From an uncultured Gemmatimonadaceae bacterium (lineage in GTDB: Bacteria; Gemmatimonadota; Gemmatimonadetes; Gemmatimonadales; Gemmatimonadaceae), in assembly GCA_963822945.1 (NCBI GenBank), contig CAWGJO010000027.1, positions 192,001-256,000 on the forward strand: DNA of 64,000 bases, in the 5' to 3' direction. Shown one piece after another: positions 19,882 to 30,343 of this stretch. Every line of letters begins with the position of its first letter. The first letter of the stretch is position 1. Made by a program: the position numbers and the translations under genes. The notes beneath the pieces are model-generated. The model saw nothing but the letters and a program-made list of their open reading frames with translations. It did no database searches and was not told the origin of the DNA.

Positions 19882-22794
19882 ATGCCCACCGCCGCCAAGT
19901 GTACCCCGACCACCAGCGACGTGGTCTCCGTTGACGTGTCGACGGAGTTCGCGCACCTCGACGCATTGCCGGTGGCGATCGCGATTGCGACCGCCGACGG
20001 CATCCGCGTCAATCGCGCCGCCGAAGGCCTAACCGGCTACGCGCGCGACGACCTCCGAACGCTCGCCGGCTGGGCCGGCATCCTCGACGTCGGAGAGCCC
20101 GCGCTGGTCCGGCGGCTGTTCACGCTCGACGGTGCCGACGGGCCGCGCGGTCGGTTCGTCGCCACGCTCCACCGAAAGAACGGCACCCGGCGGCTGGTGG
20201 AACTGATCGGGCGGCAGGAACTCGGGCGCGTATATTGGACCCTGCACGCCGCGGGAAGCGAATCGAACCCGCGCATCGAGGAGAACGATCGCGCGTTCCG
20301 TCGCGTGGCCGACGAGACCCCCGCCATGCTGTGGATGTCGTCCACCGCGCACCCCAACGTTCTGATCAACCGGCGGCTGGCGGATTTCCTGGGGGTCGAC
20401 GCCACCGATCTCGGCGATACCTGGTCCAGCTACTTCCACCCCGACGATGTGGCCCGTGTGGAAGGCGAGATGCAGGCGGCGATCCGCGAGTCGCGCGACC
20501 TCTTCGTGGACGCCCGCGTGCGCCGGTACGATGGAAGCTGGCGCCGGATGCTCGACATGGCGACGCCACGGTTCGCGGCCGACGGCGCCTTTCTCGGCGT
20601 CTCCGGCTGCCTCGTGGACGTCACCGAGTGGCGCGCCGCCGAACACGACCGGCGGCTCGAAGCCGAGGCCGGCGCATTGCTCGCCGGCTCCTTCGATGTC
20701 GACGAGCTGCTCGATCGTCTGGCCGGGCTTGGCGTGCCGCTGTTGGGCGATGCCTGCCTGCTCGACTTCTGCCGTGACGGCCGCTACGTCCGCCGCATTG
20801 CCGCCCACTGCATTTCCGATGGGCGCCGGCCGCTGATGGACGAGATACTGGCGCGCGCCGATGCTGCCCGGCCCAGGGACAGCCTCGTGGATCAGGTGCT
20901 GACCACGCGCGAACCGCTGCTCGTGCCGGTGGTCGGTCAGCACTTCATCGCCGACGTGGCGGCGCGCGATCGGCGCCTTGCCGAGATCATGGCCGAGGGC
21001 GGGCTCCGGTCGTTGATGATCGTGCCGTTGCTGGCGCGCGGCGAGGTGCTCGGCGCCATGACCTTCATCGTCGTGGAAGACGATCGGCACCTTGGACCGC
21101 GCGAACTCTCGCTCGCACTTGCCGTCGCCGGACGCGCCGCCGTTGCGCTCCAGCACGCCGAACTCTACGCCGCGGCGCGCAGCGAACTCGCCGAGCGCCG
21201 GCGCGCCGAGGCGGAATGCGCGGCGAGCGACGCGACGTTGCGCGGGTTCTTCGATGCCCACGGCGTGTATGCGTGCGTCTTCGACATCGACGACGAGACC
21301 GAAGACTTCATCGTCGTCATGGCCAATCGCTCCTATGCCGCAACCTACGACCGGACGCCGGAGGATTTCGTCAACGCAAGTGCCCGCGCGTACGGCGTTC
21401 CCGAAGACCGCATCGCCTGGTTCCTCAGCCAACTCCGGGCCTGCCGCGATCGCGGCGAGCCCATCACCGTGGAGTTCGCGCCCACCAGTGCCCGGCGCCC
21501 AGTCTTCCATCTGGGCAGCATCAACCCGATCCAGCGTGGGTCCGACGCCAGAACGGTCTTTCTGTACGTCGGCACCGACATCACAGAGCGCAAGCAGCTG
21601 GAGAGCCAGCTCCTTCAGGCCCAGAAGATGGAGGCGGTGGGCCGCCTGGCCGGAGGCGTTGCCCACGACTTCAACAATCTCCTCACCGTGATCAGCGGAT
21701 CCGCCGAGTTCCTCCTCGAGAACCGGACGGAGGGCGACACGGTGTGGCAGGACGCGATGCAGATTCGCCAGGCGGCTGACCGCGGCGCCGCGCTCACGCG
21801 CCAACTCCTCACCTTCAGTCGCAGTCAGGTCATCCGGCCCCGACACGTGGATCTCAATGGACTCGTCGGGGAGATGGAGAAGATGCTGCGCCGCCTCATC
21901 GGCGAGGACGTCGCGCTGCACATCACCCTCGCCCCCGACACGCCCTGGGCGTACATCGACCCGGGCCAGTTCGAACAGGCCGTGTTCAACCTGGCGGTGA
22001 ACGCCCGCGACGCCATGCCCCGTGGGGGATGCTTCAGCCTCGCCACCACCCATACGGTGTTCGATGCGTCCGATGCCGCCATGCGGCCCGGTCTGGTCGC
22101 TGGCAAGTATGTCGTGATCACGGTGAGCGATACCGGCGTGGGCATGGATGCCACCACCCAGGCCCGCATCTTCGAGCCGTTCTTCACCACCAAGGAAGCC
22201 GGCAAGGGCACCGGCCTCGGCCTTTCCACGGTGTTCGGCAGCGTCAAGCAGGCCGGTGGGCACATCGTCGTGTACAGCGAGCCCGGTGTCGGCACGACCT
22301 TCCGCATGTTCCTCCCCGACGCCGGCGCTCCGGCGTCGGCGCCCCTCGTCTCCCGACGCGCCGCGGCCTGTCGCCGCGGCACCGAAACGGTCCTGCTCGT
22401 GGAGGACGAACCCGTGGTGCGCCGGCTCGCCTTCCGGGCCCTCACCGAACGCGGCTTCCGGGTGCTCGAAGCCGCGTCGGCCGACGAGGCGCTGACCGTG
22501 GCCGCCGAATGCCATGTGCCGCTCGACATCGTGGTCACCGACGTGGTGCTGCCCGGCGCCAACGGCCGCGAACTCGTGGAGCAGCTGCAGCGCCGGAGTC
22601 CCGGCATCAAGGCGCTGTTCATGTCCGGATACACGGCCGACGTCCTGCTCCATCATCGCATCGCCGATCAGTCGGCGCCCTTTCTCGAGAAGCCGTTCAC
22701 GGTCGAAGGGCTGGTGGTCGCCATCCGCGACGTGCTCGACGGAACCGAGGTCCGAACCCCGTCCCCACGGGATCGCGCGGACGGCGAGGCCTGA
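19882..22794 (+). CDS. Hybrid sensor kinase PAS-PAS-GAF-PAS-HisKA-HATPase-REC
   Basis: QAQKMEAVGRLAGGVAHDFNNLL; NLAVNARDAMP; FEPFFTTK..GKGTGLGL; C-terminal REC; no TM segment seen. Confidence 0.93.
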   Translation: MPTAAKCTPTTSDVVSVDVSTEFAHLDALPVAIAIATADGIRVNRAAEGLTGYARDDLRTLAGWAGILDVGEPALVRRLFTLDGADGPRGRFVATLHRKNGTRRLVELIGRQELGRVYWTLHAAGSESNPRIEENDRAFRRVADETPAMLWMSSTAHPNVLINRRLADFLGVDATDLGDTWSSYFHPDDVARVEGEMQAAIRESRDLFVDARVRRYDGSWRRMLDMATPRFAADGAFLGVSGCLVDVTEWRAAEHDRRLEAEAGALLAGSFDVDELLDRLAGLGVPLLGDACLLDFCRDGRYVRRIAAHCISDGRRPLMDEILARADAARPRDSLVDQVLTTREPLLVPVVGQHFIADVAARDRRLAEIMAEGGLRSLMIVPLLARGEVLGAMTFIVVEDDRHLGPRELSLALAVAGRAAVALQHAELYAAARSELAERRRAEAECAASDATLRGFFDAHGVYACVFDIDDETEDFIVVMANRSYAATYDRTPEDFVNASARAYGVPEDRIAWFLSQLRACRDRGEPITVEFAPTSARRPVFHLGSINPIQRGSDARTVFLYVGTDITERKQLESQLLQAQKMEAVGRLAGGVAHDFNNLLTVISGSAEFLLENRTEGDTVWQDAMQIRQAADRGAALTRQLLTFSRSQVIRPRHVDLNGLVGEMEKMLRRLIGEDVALHITLAPDTPWAYIDPGQFEQAVFNLAVNARDAMPRGGCFSLATTHTVFDASDAAMRPGLVAGKYVVITVSDTGVGMDATTQARIFEPFFTTKEAGKGTGLGLSTVFGSVKQAGGHIVVYSEPGVGTTFRMFLPDAGAPASAPLVSRRAAACRRGTETVLLVEDEPVVRRLAFRALTERGFRVLEAASADEALTVAAECHVPLDIVVTDVVLPGANGRELVEQLQRRSPGIKALFMSGYTADVLLHHRIADQSAPFLEKPFTVEGLVVAIRDVLDGTEVRTPSPRDRADGEA

Positions 22795-22818
22795 CCGCGC
22801 CCGCAGCGCCGTGGGGCG

Positions 22819-25233
22819 CTATCGTCCGGCGCTCAACGCCTGCGCCATCGCGCTCAGCAGGCTGCCCGCGTCGAACGGCTTCCGGATGAACCCGGCGACG
22901 CCGGGCTCGACGTCCCCCGGCAGCGGCAGTCCGCTGCAGGCGACCACGCGAACGCCGGCATCGAATCCCTTGAGCGTCGCGATGAGGGCCGACCCGCCCA
23001 TGACCGGCATCGCGAGATCCGTCAGCACGACGGCGATCTCACTGCGATGGCGGGCGTAGAGCGACAGGGCCTCCGCGCCGTTGGCCGCCACCAGCGCGCG
23101 ATACCCGGCCGCCAGTAGAATCCGTTCCGCCATCGCACGAATCGCGTCCTCGTCGTCCACGATCAGCACCAGCTCGCCCCGGCCGCGCGGCAGCTCGGCC
23201 GGCGCGCCCACGACATCGCGCCGGGCGGGCTCCGACTCCGCGGCGGGCAGATACACCTTGAACGCCGTCCCGCGACCGACCTCGGTCTCCACATCCATGA
23301 ACCCGCCGTGGCTCCGGACGATGGCGAGCGTGGTTGAGAGTCCGAGCCCGGTGCCCACGCCGACCGGCTTCGTCGTGAAGAACGGATCGAAAATGCGGTC
23401 GCGGACATCCGGCGCGATCCCCGTACCGTCATCGGTCACGCGCGTCACCACGAACGCGCCGGCCCGGGCGCCGGGGTGCCGGGCGACGTCGGCGTCGCGC
23501 AGCGTCACGTTCTCCACGTCGATCGACAGATGGCCGCCGTTGGGCATTGCGTCGCGGGCATTCACGCAGAGGTTCAGCAACACCTGGTGCAACTGCGTGG
23601 GATCGCCGATCACGATCCACGAGTCCTCGGGCAAGGCGTGCTGCAACTCGATCGACTTGGGAAACGTCTCCGTCATGATCTGGAGCAACTCCTGCACCAC
23701 GTGCGGCAGTCGCACGGGCAGCCGCTCGCCCTCGACGCCCCGCGCGAAGGCGAGCACCTGGCGCACGAGGTCGGCGCCGCGCTCCGCGCTGCGCCGCATC
23801 GATTCGATCATGCGCCGGTCCTTCTCGTTGGTCGCGAGCTCCTTCAGGAACCCCATCGCCATGACGATCGGCGTCAGCACGTTGTTGAGGTCGTGGGCAA
23901 TTCCCCCGGCCAGCGTGCCGATGCTCTCCAGACGCTGCGAACGCCGGAATTGTGCTTCCAGGTTCTTGCGTTCGGTGATGTCGCTGTCGATGGCCAGTAC
24001 GGCGGCGGGAATCCCCGAGTGGTCGCGGACGAGCGTCCACCGGCCCTCCACGATGCGGCGTTCGCCGTCGGCCCGATCGGTGTTCAACTCCCCCTCCCAG
24101 TCTCCCGCCTCCAGCACGTGGCGCCGCGCCGCATCGTACCGCGGCTGCTCCACGCTGACCAGCTCCGCAAATACACCGCCGAGCACGTCCGCGGCCGTTC
24201 GTCCGTAGACCCGTTCGGCCCCCCGATTCCAGTAGATCACCCGGTCGTCCAGGTCGCGCACCACGATCGCCTCGTGCGTCGCATCGAGCAGGGCGGCCTG
24301 GTCGGCCAGCCGGTCTTCCGCCTCCTTCGCCTCCGACACGTCCTCGGCAATGCCAACCACGCGATAGATCTCGCCGTGCGCGTCGCGAATCGGGAACGCG
24401 CGATCGCGGATCCACCGCACCGCGCCGTCGGACCGGACGATGCGGTAGAGCTCGTCGTACTCGCCGGCCACCTGCTTGGTGCGGGCGGCGTCCACGACGC
24501 GCGCCCGATCGTCCGGGTGCACGGCCTCGTACCATGCCTGCGGCGCCGATCGGAGTTCGGCCGCCGAGCGGCCCCAGATCTTCTCGTATCCCGGACTCAC
24601 GTAGTCGACGGTGGTCTTCGCGGGATCCGTCACCCAGAACACCCCGCTGATGTTCTCCGCGAGCTGCCGGAACCGTTCCTCGCTCTCGCGCAGCGTCACC
24701 GCGGCCCGCTCCCGCTCCACGATGTCCGCCTGCAGCGCGCGGTTCATCTCGTCCAGCTGCCGTGACTTGTCTTCCAGCTTCCGGATGAGCGCTTCGCTGT
24801 ACTGCTTGAGCACCCCGGGATCGTCGGACGGTGGTGGCCGCCGGCGCGCGGGCGGCGCCGTGGCGGCCCGCGCCAGCACCTCCCCGATGCGCGCCATGAA
24901 CTCGTCCGGCTCCACCGGCCTTACGATGAACGCGTCGGTGCCCAGATCGAGGGCCAGACGTTCGTCGCTCGAACTCGTATACGTCGAGGTGTACACCACG
25001 AAGGGCACGCCCTCGAGCCGGGGGTCGCCCTTCCACTCCCGCAGCAGCGAGTAGCCGTCCATCACCGGCATCAGCAGATCCGAGATCACGAGGTCCGGCA
25101 CCGTGCGGCGCGCATGGACGAGCGCCTCCGCGCCGTCGCCCGCCGCGTCCACCGTCCAGCCGTGGCCCTCCAGCAGCGCACGCAGGTAGTAGCGGTTCGC
25201 GTCGTTGTCGTCGACCACCAGGGCGCGCGTCAG
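22819..25233 (-). CDS. Hybrid sensor kinase REC-PAS-PAS-HisKA-HATPase-REC
   Basis: N-terminal REC (ALVVDDN, ISDLLMP), GIAHDLNNVL, NLCVNARDAM, GTGLGL, C-terminal REC; start probably CTG at 25233. Confidence 0.9.
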   Translation of the reverse strand: MTRALVVDDNDANRYYLRALLEGHGWTVDAAGDGAEALVHARRTVPDLVISDLLMPVMDGYSLLREWKGDPRLEGVPFVVYTSTYTSSSDERLALDLGTDAFIVRPVEPDEFMARIGEVLARAATAPPARRRPPPSDDPGVLKQYSEALIRKLEDKSRQLDEMNRALQADIVERERAAVTLRESEERFRQLAENISGVFWVTDPAKTTVDYVSPGYEKIWGRSAAELRSAPQAWYEAVHPDDRARVVDAARTKQVAGEYDELYRIVRSDGAVRWIRDRAFPIRDAHGEIYRVVGIAEDVSEAKEAEDRLADQAALLDATHEAIVVRDLDDRVIYWNRGAERVYGRTAADVLGGVFAELVSVEQPRYDAARRHVLEAGDWEGELNTDRADGERRIVEGRWTLVRDHSGIPAAVLAIDSDITERKNLEAQFRRSQRLESIGTLAGGIAHDLNNVLTPIVMAMGFLKELATNEKDRRMIESMRRSAERGADLVRQVLAFARGVEGERLPVRLPHVVQELLQIMTETFPKSIELQHALPEDSWIVIGDPTQLHQVLLNLCVNARDAMPNGGHLSIDVENVTLRDADVARHPGARAGAFVVTRVTDDGTGIAPDVRDRIFDPFFTTKPVGVGTGLGLSTTLAIVRSHGGFMDVETEVGRGTAFKVYLPAAESEPARRDVVGAPAELPRGRGELVLIVDDEDAIRAMAERILLAAGYRALVAANGAEALSLYARHRSEIAVVLTDLAMPVMGGSALIATLKGFDAGVRVVACSGLPLPGDVEPGVAGFIRKPFDAGSLLSAMAQALSAGR

Positions 25234-25622
25234 TCGGTCCCCCCTCGGCCGGTCCCCGCCTGGAGGAACCGCGTCACCTCGTCCACGAACGTGTCCGGAT
25301 CGATCGGCTTCTCCAGATACCCGTCGCAGCCGGCCGCCAGCGCCTTCTCGCGGTCGCCGACCATCGCAAACGAGGTCAGCGCCACGATGGGCGTGTCATG
25401 CAGTACATCGATGTCCCGAAGCGCGCGCGCCACCGCGTGACCGTCCATGCCCGGCAGTTGAATGTCCAGCAGAATGAGCGCCGGACGATGGGTGCGCGCA
25501 GCCGCGATACCGCGCGGGCCGTCGACCGCGGAGAATACGCGGTAGCCCCCGCGCTCCAGCAGAAAAGTGGCGAGATAGCTGTTCTGCTCGTTGTCTTCGA
25601 TCAACAGGACGGTGTGGGTCAT
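25230..25622 (-). CDS. Single-domain response regulator (DivK-like)
   Basis: MTHTVLLIEDNEQN..LLDIQLPGMDG..ALTSFAMVGDREKALAAGCDGYLEKPID; ATGA overlap with the upstream kinase. Confidence 0.92.
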   Translation of the reverse strand: MTHTVLLIEDNEQNSYLATFLLERGGYRVFSAVDGPRGIAAARTHRPALILLDIQLPGMDGHAVARALRDIDVLHDTPIVALTSFAMVGDREKALAAGCDGYLEKPIDPDTFVDEVTRFLQAGTGRGGTD

Positions 25623-27727
25623 GGCGCCGGCGTCATTCGGACCGGAACGGTGACCGTGAACGTGCTGCCCTTCTCCCATTCGGATTCCACGGTGATCTCG
25701 CCCTCGAGCAGCGTGGCGAGGCGGCGGCAGATCGCCAGGCCGAGGCCCGTTCCCTCATGTCGCCGCGTGAGACTGGAGTCCACCTGCTGGAACGGCTGGA
25801 ACAGCAGCGCCAGGCTCTCGGGCTTGATCCCGATTCCCGTATCGGCCACCCGCACGCGCAGGGCCGGACCGACCTCGGCATCGGGCGCCGCCCGAAAGCC
25901 GTTCACGAGCTCGGCGCTCACCGCGACGCTGCCGCGTTCAGTGAACTTGACCGCGTTGCTGATCAGATTCAACACGATCTGCTTCAACCGTCGCTGATCG
26001 GTCACCATCTGACCCAGTTCGTTCCGCACCACGAGCGCCAACGCGAGTCCCTTCTGCTCGGCCTGTGGCGTGAGCACCTCCACCGCGCGCTCCAGCATCC
26101 TGCGCGCGTCGAATGGCTCGGGCGCGACCTCGAGCTGCCCCGCCTCGATCTTCGAGAGATCGAGAATGTCGTTGATCAGGGTGAGCAGATGGTGCGCGCT
26201 CCCCCGCACCATCCCGAGCTGCTTGCGCTGCTCGTCGGTCAGCGGCCCGGCCAATCCCTGCAACACGATTCCCGTGAACCCGATGATGGAATTCATCGGG
26301 GTGCGCAACTCGTGCGACATCGTCGCCAGGAACGCGGACTTGAGCCGGTCGGCGGCCTCGGCCCGATGCAACGCCTCCCGCAGTTCCGTGGTCCGGGTGG
26401 CGACGTTGACCTCGAGCGTGTCGCGCAGCTCGTCTTCCGCGGCCTCCGCCCGCTTGCGCGCCGTGATGTCTTCCACCATGTCCACCGCGAACTGCGGATC
26501 GCCGTGCTCGTCGTAGACGATCGTCGACGTGAGCCGGCCCCACATGACCTCGCCGTTCTTGCGCCGGTAGCGGCGTTCGAGTTGCAGCCGTCCGTCCGTG
26601 CGGATCGGGCGCTCGGCTTCCGCCTCCCGACTGTCCGGGTGCACGACCTGATGCACCGTCATCGCGCAGAGTTCCGCCACCGTGTACCCGAGCATGTCGG
26701 CCAGCGACTGGTTGCACTCGAGAATGCGGCTCCCCAACACGCGCACGATGGCGATGCCGATCCCGGCCTGCTCGAAGATGGCCCGGAACCGATCCTTGCT
26801 GTGGCGCAGATCTTCCTGGCGCGAGAGGTTGTCCAGCGCGAACGATACGTCGTCCGTGGTTTCCTGCAGTAGCGAGGTCTCGAGGTCGCCGAAGAAGTCC
26901 GCCACGTGCGAGTAGCCGTTGAGCGTCGCGCAGATCTTCCCGCGTACGCGAATCGGAAACGCCGCCACGGCGCGCCACCCGTGTCCGTCGAGCGCCCGGC
27001 GCCAGGGCGCGATCGCCGGATCCCGGCGCACATCGTTCACGACGTACGCCCGTCCCTCGCGAAACGCCTTCCCCGCCGGCCCCCGCCCCTCCGGCCGCTC
27101 GTCGGCGTACACGCCGATCTCCTGCAGATAGCCGTCGTCGCCCCACGCGGCCACCGGCATCAGACGCTGTGTTTCCGGCGCGTGCCACCCCACCCACGCC
27201 ATGTTCACCCCTTGCTGCTCCACCAGAATCCGGCAGATGCGCTGCAACAGCGGGTCGCGTGCCCGGGTCCTGGCGATGGCCTGATTGATCAGGCTCCGCG
27301 TCTTGTAGAGTTGCGACACGCGGGCCATGGCGCGATCGCGCGCTCTGATCTCCTCGACGTCCCGCGCGATCTTCGACGCCCCCACGACCGTGCCATCCGC
27401 TCCCCGAATCGGCGAGACGGTGACCGACACGTGGATCGGCCCGCGGTGCTTCGTCTGGCGCACCGTCTCGAACGGTGGCACCCGTTCCCCGCGCCGGATG
27501 CACGTGAGGATCTGCTCCTCCTCGTCCACGCGGTCGTCGGGGATGATCCGCCACAGCGGCGACCCGATCATCTCGCGGGCGGAAAAGCCGAATATCCGCT
27601 CGGCACCGCCGTTCCAGCTCGTGACGATGCCGTTCAGATCCTTGCCGATGATGGCGTCGTGCGACGACTCGACGATCGCCGCCAACTCCGAGATCGCGGT
27701 CACCGCATCCTTACCCGGTTCCGCCAT
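25619..27727 (-). CDS. Sensor histidine kinase PAS-GAF-PAS-HisKA-HATPase
   Basis: AIVESSHDAIIGKDLNG; KSAFLATMSHELRTPM; NLISNAVKFT; EGTGLGLAI. Confidence 0.93.
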   Translation of the reverse strand: MAEPGKDAVTAISELAAIVESSHDAIIGKDLNGIVTSWNGGAERIFGFSAREMIGSPLWRIIPDDRVDEEEQILTCIRRGERVPPFETVRQTKHRGPIHVSVTVSPIRGADGTVVGASKIARDVEEIRARDRAMARVSQLYKTRSLINQAIARTRARDPLLQRICRILVEQQGVNMAWVGWHAPETQRLMPVAAWGDDGYLQEIGVYADERPEGRGPAGKAFREGRAYVVNDVRRDPAIAPWRRALDGHGWRAVAAFPIRVRGKICATLNGYSHVADFFGDLETSLLQETTDDVSFALDNLSRQEDLRHSKDRFRAIFEQAGIGIAIVRVLGSRILECNQSLADMLGYTVAELCAMTVHQVVHPDSREAEAERPIRTDGRLQLERRYRRKNGEVMWGRLTSTIVYDEHGDPQFAVDMVEDITARKRAEAAEDELRDTLEVNVATRTTELREALHRAEAADRLKSAFLATMSHELRTPMNSIIGFTGIVLQGLAGPLTDEQRKQLGMVRGSAHHLLTLINDILDLSKIEAGQLEVAPEPFDARRMLERAVEVLTPQAEQKGLALALVVRNELGQMVTDQRRLKQIVLNLISNAVKFTERGSVAVSAELVNGFRAAPDAEVGPALRVRVADTGIGIKPESLALLFQPFQQVDSSLTRRHEGTGLGLAICRRLATLLEGEITVESEWEKGSTFTVTVPVRMTPAP

Positions 27728-28387
27728 CTATGCCACCGGCGCGCCGAGGGAACCCGCGACGGCATCCGAGGGCTTCGTCTGCCGCGCGTCACCGCACAGG
27801 GTTGCAGGGCGCGATGAGGGCCCCGGAATGGTGCTGACCATCGACGATATCCTGAGATGGGTGGACCGTCGGCGGGAGTGACCGGCGCACGGGCGTTCCC
27901 GAGCCCCTGCCACTCTGCTTCACGTCACAACGGTCCGTGTTCCGCCGAGCAGGACGACCTGCGCGATACGCCGCGCGCCGCAAGACCACGGCCCGGCGCA
28001 TTGCCGCGTGCCCGCCATTCACCGAATCTAGCCTTCGGTGAACCGGATGGAACGGTCGGTTGGAGTCTCGACCGACCCCTCATCGGGTCTGTCCCGGAGT
28101 GAACTTAGCAGCGAGGCGCGACCCTCACCACTCGCCGCCCCCGGAGGCCGACCAACCCGGGCGCCCGGGGATCCACCATCCGCGAACGGCCGGCCCGGAA
28201 CTTTGCACCTTCTCAATGGGGGCTGCCGCCCGCGCATACGTGTCCGCTCAATCTCCAGGTCACGTATCCATGCGTTTCGTCCACGCGCCAAGCTGAGTTT
28301 TATTGCCTGCGGGGTCGGGCGTCGTCTACCAGTGTGAACCCCGAGCCAAAGTGAGCCGCTGCCGCGCAGCGGGTGGGAGCCGTTGGA

Positions 28388-30343
28388 ATGTCGCCGAAGC
28401 AGAAACGTACACCTCCGATTGCAGCCTCCGAGCACGCCCAGGCTGACTTCCCCCTCATCCCTGGGCAGGGACAGGTCGATGCGTTTTACCGGGAAGCGTT
28501 CGACCTGTCACCCGATGGCCGGATGCTCGTCGACGCCGAAACCTTGCGTCCCATGCTGTTCAACGATTCGGCGTGCCGGCAATTCGGATACTCGCGCGAC
28601 GAGTTCGCCGGGCTGACCCTCACCCACCATGCGCCGCCCGGCATGGAGCACGTGCCGCGGGAGCACGCCCGTCGCATGCTCGACGTGGGCATGTCCGAGT
28701 TCGACATCGTCGTCCGCACCAAGGCCGGCGAGGACCGGATTCTGCATGTCTGGGCCCGATTGGTCGACTTCGGCGACCGGCCCGCCTTCTATGCCGTCCA
28801 GCGCGACGTCACCGAAGACCGCCGGGTGCATGAGGAGGTCCGCCTCCAGAGCGCAGCCCTCGACGCCGCCGTGGACGCCGTGGTGATCACCGACGCCACG
28901 GGCACCATCGAGTGGGTCAACCCGGCATTCGGCAGGCTCACCGGCTATTCCGCCGCGGAGGCCGTCGGTCGGAACCCCCGCGAGCTCCTGCGCTCGGGCA
29001 GGCATTCGCGGGAGTTCTATGCCGAAATGTGGACCACCATTCTGTCGGGCCGTCCCTGGCACGGCGAGGTCGTGAACCGCCGCAAGAACGGCACCGAGTA
29101 CACCGAAGAGCAGACCATCACCCCGATCGTGGACGCCGGGGGCAGGATCACGCATTTCGTCGCCATCAAGCGCGATGCCACCGAACGGCTGGTGCTGCAG
29201 GCACGCCTCCGCCAGTCGCAGAAGATGGAGACGGTCGGGCAGCTGGCCAGCGGCATTGCGCACGACTTCAACAATCTGCTCGCGGTGATCATCGGCCTCG
29301 GAGAGCTGGTCGCGGGCGACCTGGCCGAGGTCGATCCCATTCGGGGCGACATCATGCAGATGCTCGACGCGGCCCAGAGCGCGGCCACCCTCACCAAGCA
29401 GCTGCTCGCCTTCAGCCGTCAGCAGCTCCTCAGCCCCGTCGTGCTCAACTTCAATTCGGTGCTCTCCACGTCGGAGCGGCTCCTGCGCCGGTTGCTGCGC
29501 GACGACATCGAGTTCGTCGTCGCGCCGGCACCCGATCTCGGCAACGTGAACGTAGATGCGAGCCAGATGACGCAGGTGATCATCAACCTGGCCGTCAACG
29601 CCCGGGATGCCATGCCGGATGGTGGCCGGCTCAGCATCAGCACGCAGAACGTCACCATCGATGCCGAATACGCCGCCCAGGCCGAGGCGGACGTGCCGCT
29701 GGGCGAGTACGTCCGCATTGCCGTGACCGACACGGGCATCGGCATGGACGCCGCCACGCGGCGGCGCGTGTTCGAGCCCTTCTTCACCACCAAGGCCGCG
29801 GGAAAGGGTACCGGCCTGGGGCTTGCCACGGTCTACGGAATCGTGAAGCAGAGCAAGGGCTTCATCTGGGTCTACAGCGAGCCGGGCCAGGGAACGCGAT
29901 TCCACATCTACCTGCCGATCGTGGACGACGCAGCCGGCGTGGTGGCCCCCCGGCTGGCCGGATCCACCGCGCGCGGAACCGAGACGATCCTGCTCGTCGA
30001 GGACAACCGGAGTCTCTTCGATCTCACCAAGCGTCTGCTCGAGTCGGGCGGCTTCGCCGTGATCGGCGCAACCTCGGGAGCCGAAGCACTACGCCTGATC
30101 GAACGCCAGGAACAGCCCATCCACCTGCTGCTCACCGACGTCGTGATGCCGGGAATGAGCGGACCGCAGATCGCCAGGGACGCCGCGCGCGCGCTGCCCG
30201 CGCTCAAGGTGCTGTACATGTCGGGCTACACGGACGACGACGTCGTGCGCCACGGCGTGCTGGATTCGAGCATCGCGTTCATCAACAAGCCATTCACACG
30301 AGACGCCCTGCTCCTGAAGATCCGGGAAGTCCTGGACTATTAG
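28388..30343 (+). CDS. Hybrid sensor kinase PAS-PAS-HisKA-HATPase-REC
   Basis: WVNPAFGRLTGYS..RRKNG; GIAHDFNNLL; NARDAMP; GKGTGLGL; REC LTDVVMP. Confidence 0.93.
   Translation: MSPKQKRTPPIAASEHAQADFPLIPGQGQVDAFYREAFDLSPDGRMLVDAETLRPMLFNDSACRQFGYSRDEFAGLTLTHHAPPGMEHVPREHARRMLDVGMSEFDIVVRTKAGEDRILHVWARLVDFGDRPAFYAVQRDVTEDRRVHEEVRLQSAALDAAVDAVVITDATGTIEWVNPAFGRLTGYSAAEAVGRNPRELLRSGRHSREFYAEMWTTILSGRPWHGEVVNRRKNGTEYTEEQTITPIVDAGGRITHFVAIKRDATERLVLQARLRQSQKMETVGQLASGIAHDFNNLLAVIIGLGELVAGDLAEVDPIRGDIMQMLDAAQSAATLTKQLLAFSRQQLLSPVVLNFNSVLSTSERLLRRLLRDDIEFVVAPAPDLGNVNVDASQMTQVIINLAVNARDAMPDGGRLSISTQNVTIDAEYAAQAEADVPLGEYVRIAVTDTGIGMDAATRRRVFEPFFTTKAAGKGTGLGLATVYGIVKQSKGFIWVYSEPGQGTRFHIYLPIVDDAAGVVAPRLAGSTARGTETILLVEDNRSLFDLTKRLLESGGFAVIGATSGAEALRLIERQEQPIHLLLTDVVMPGMSGPQIARDAARALPALKVLYMSGYTDDDVVRHGVLDSSIAFINKPFTRDALLLKIREVLDY

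Noticed and set aside
28183..28197. CGAACGGCCGGCCCG matches the left arm of the 41273/42829 palindrome
   Set aside because: Only 15 GC-rich bases; the right arm and the central TGATCA are absent.
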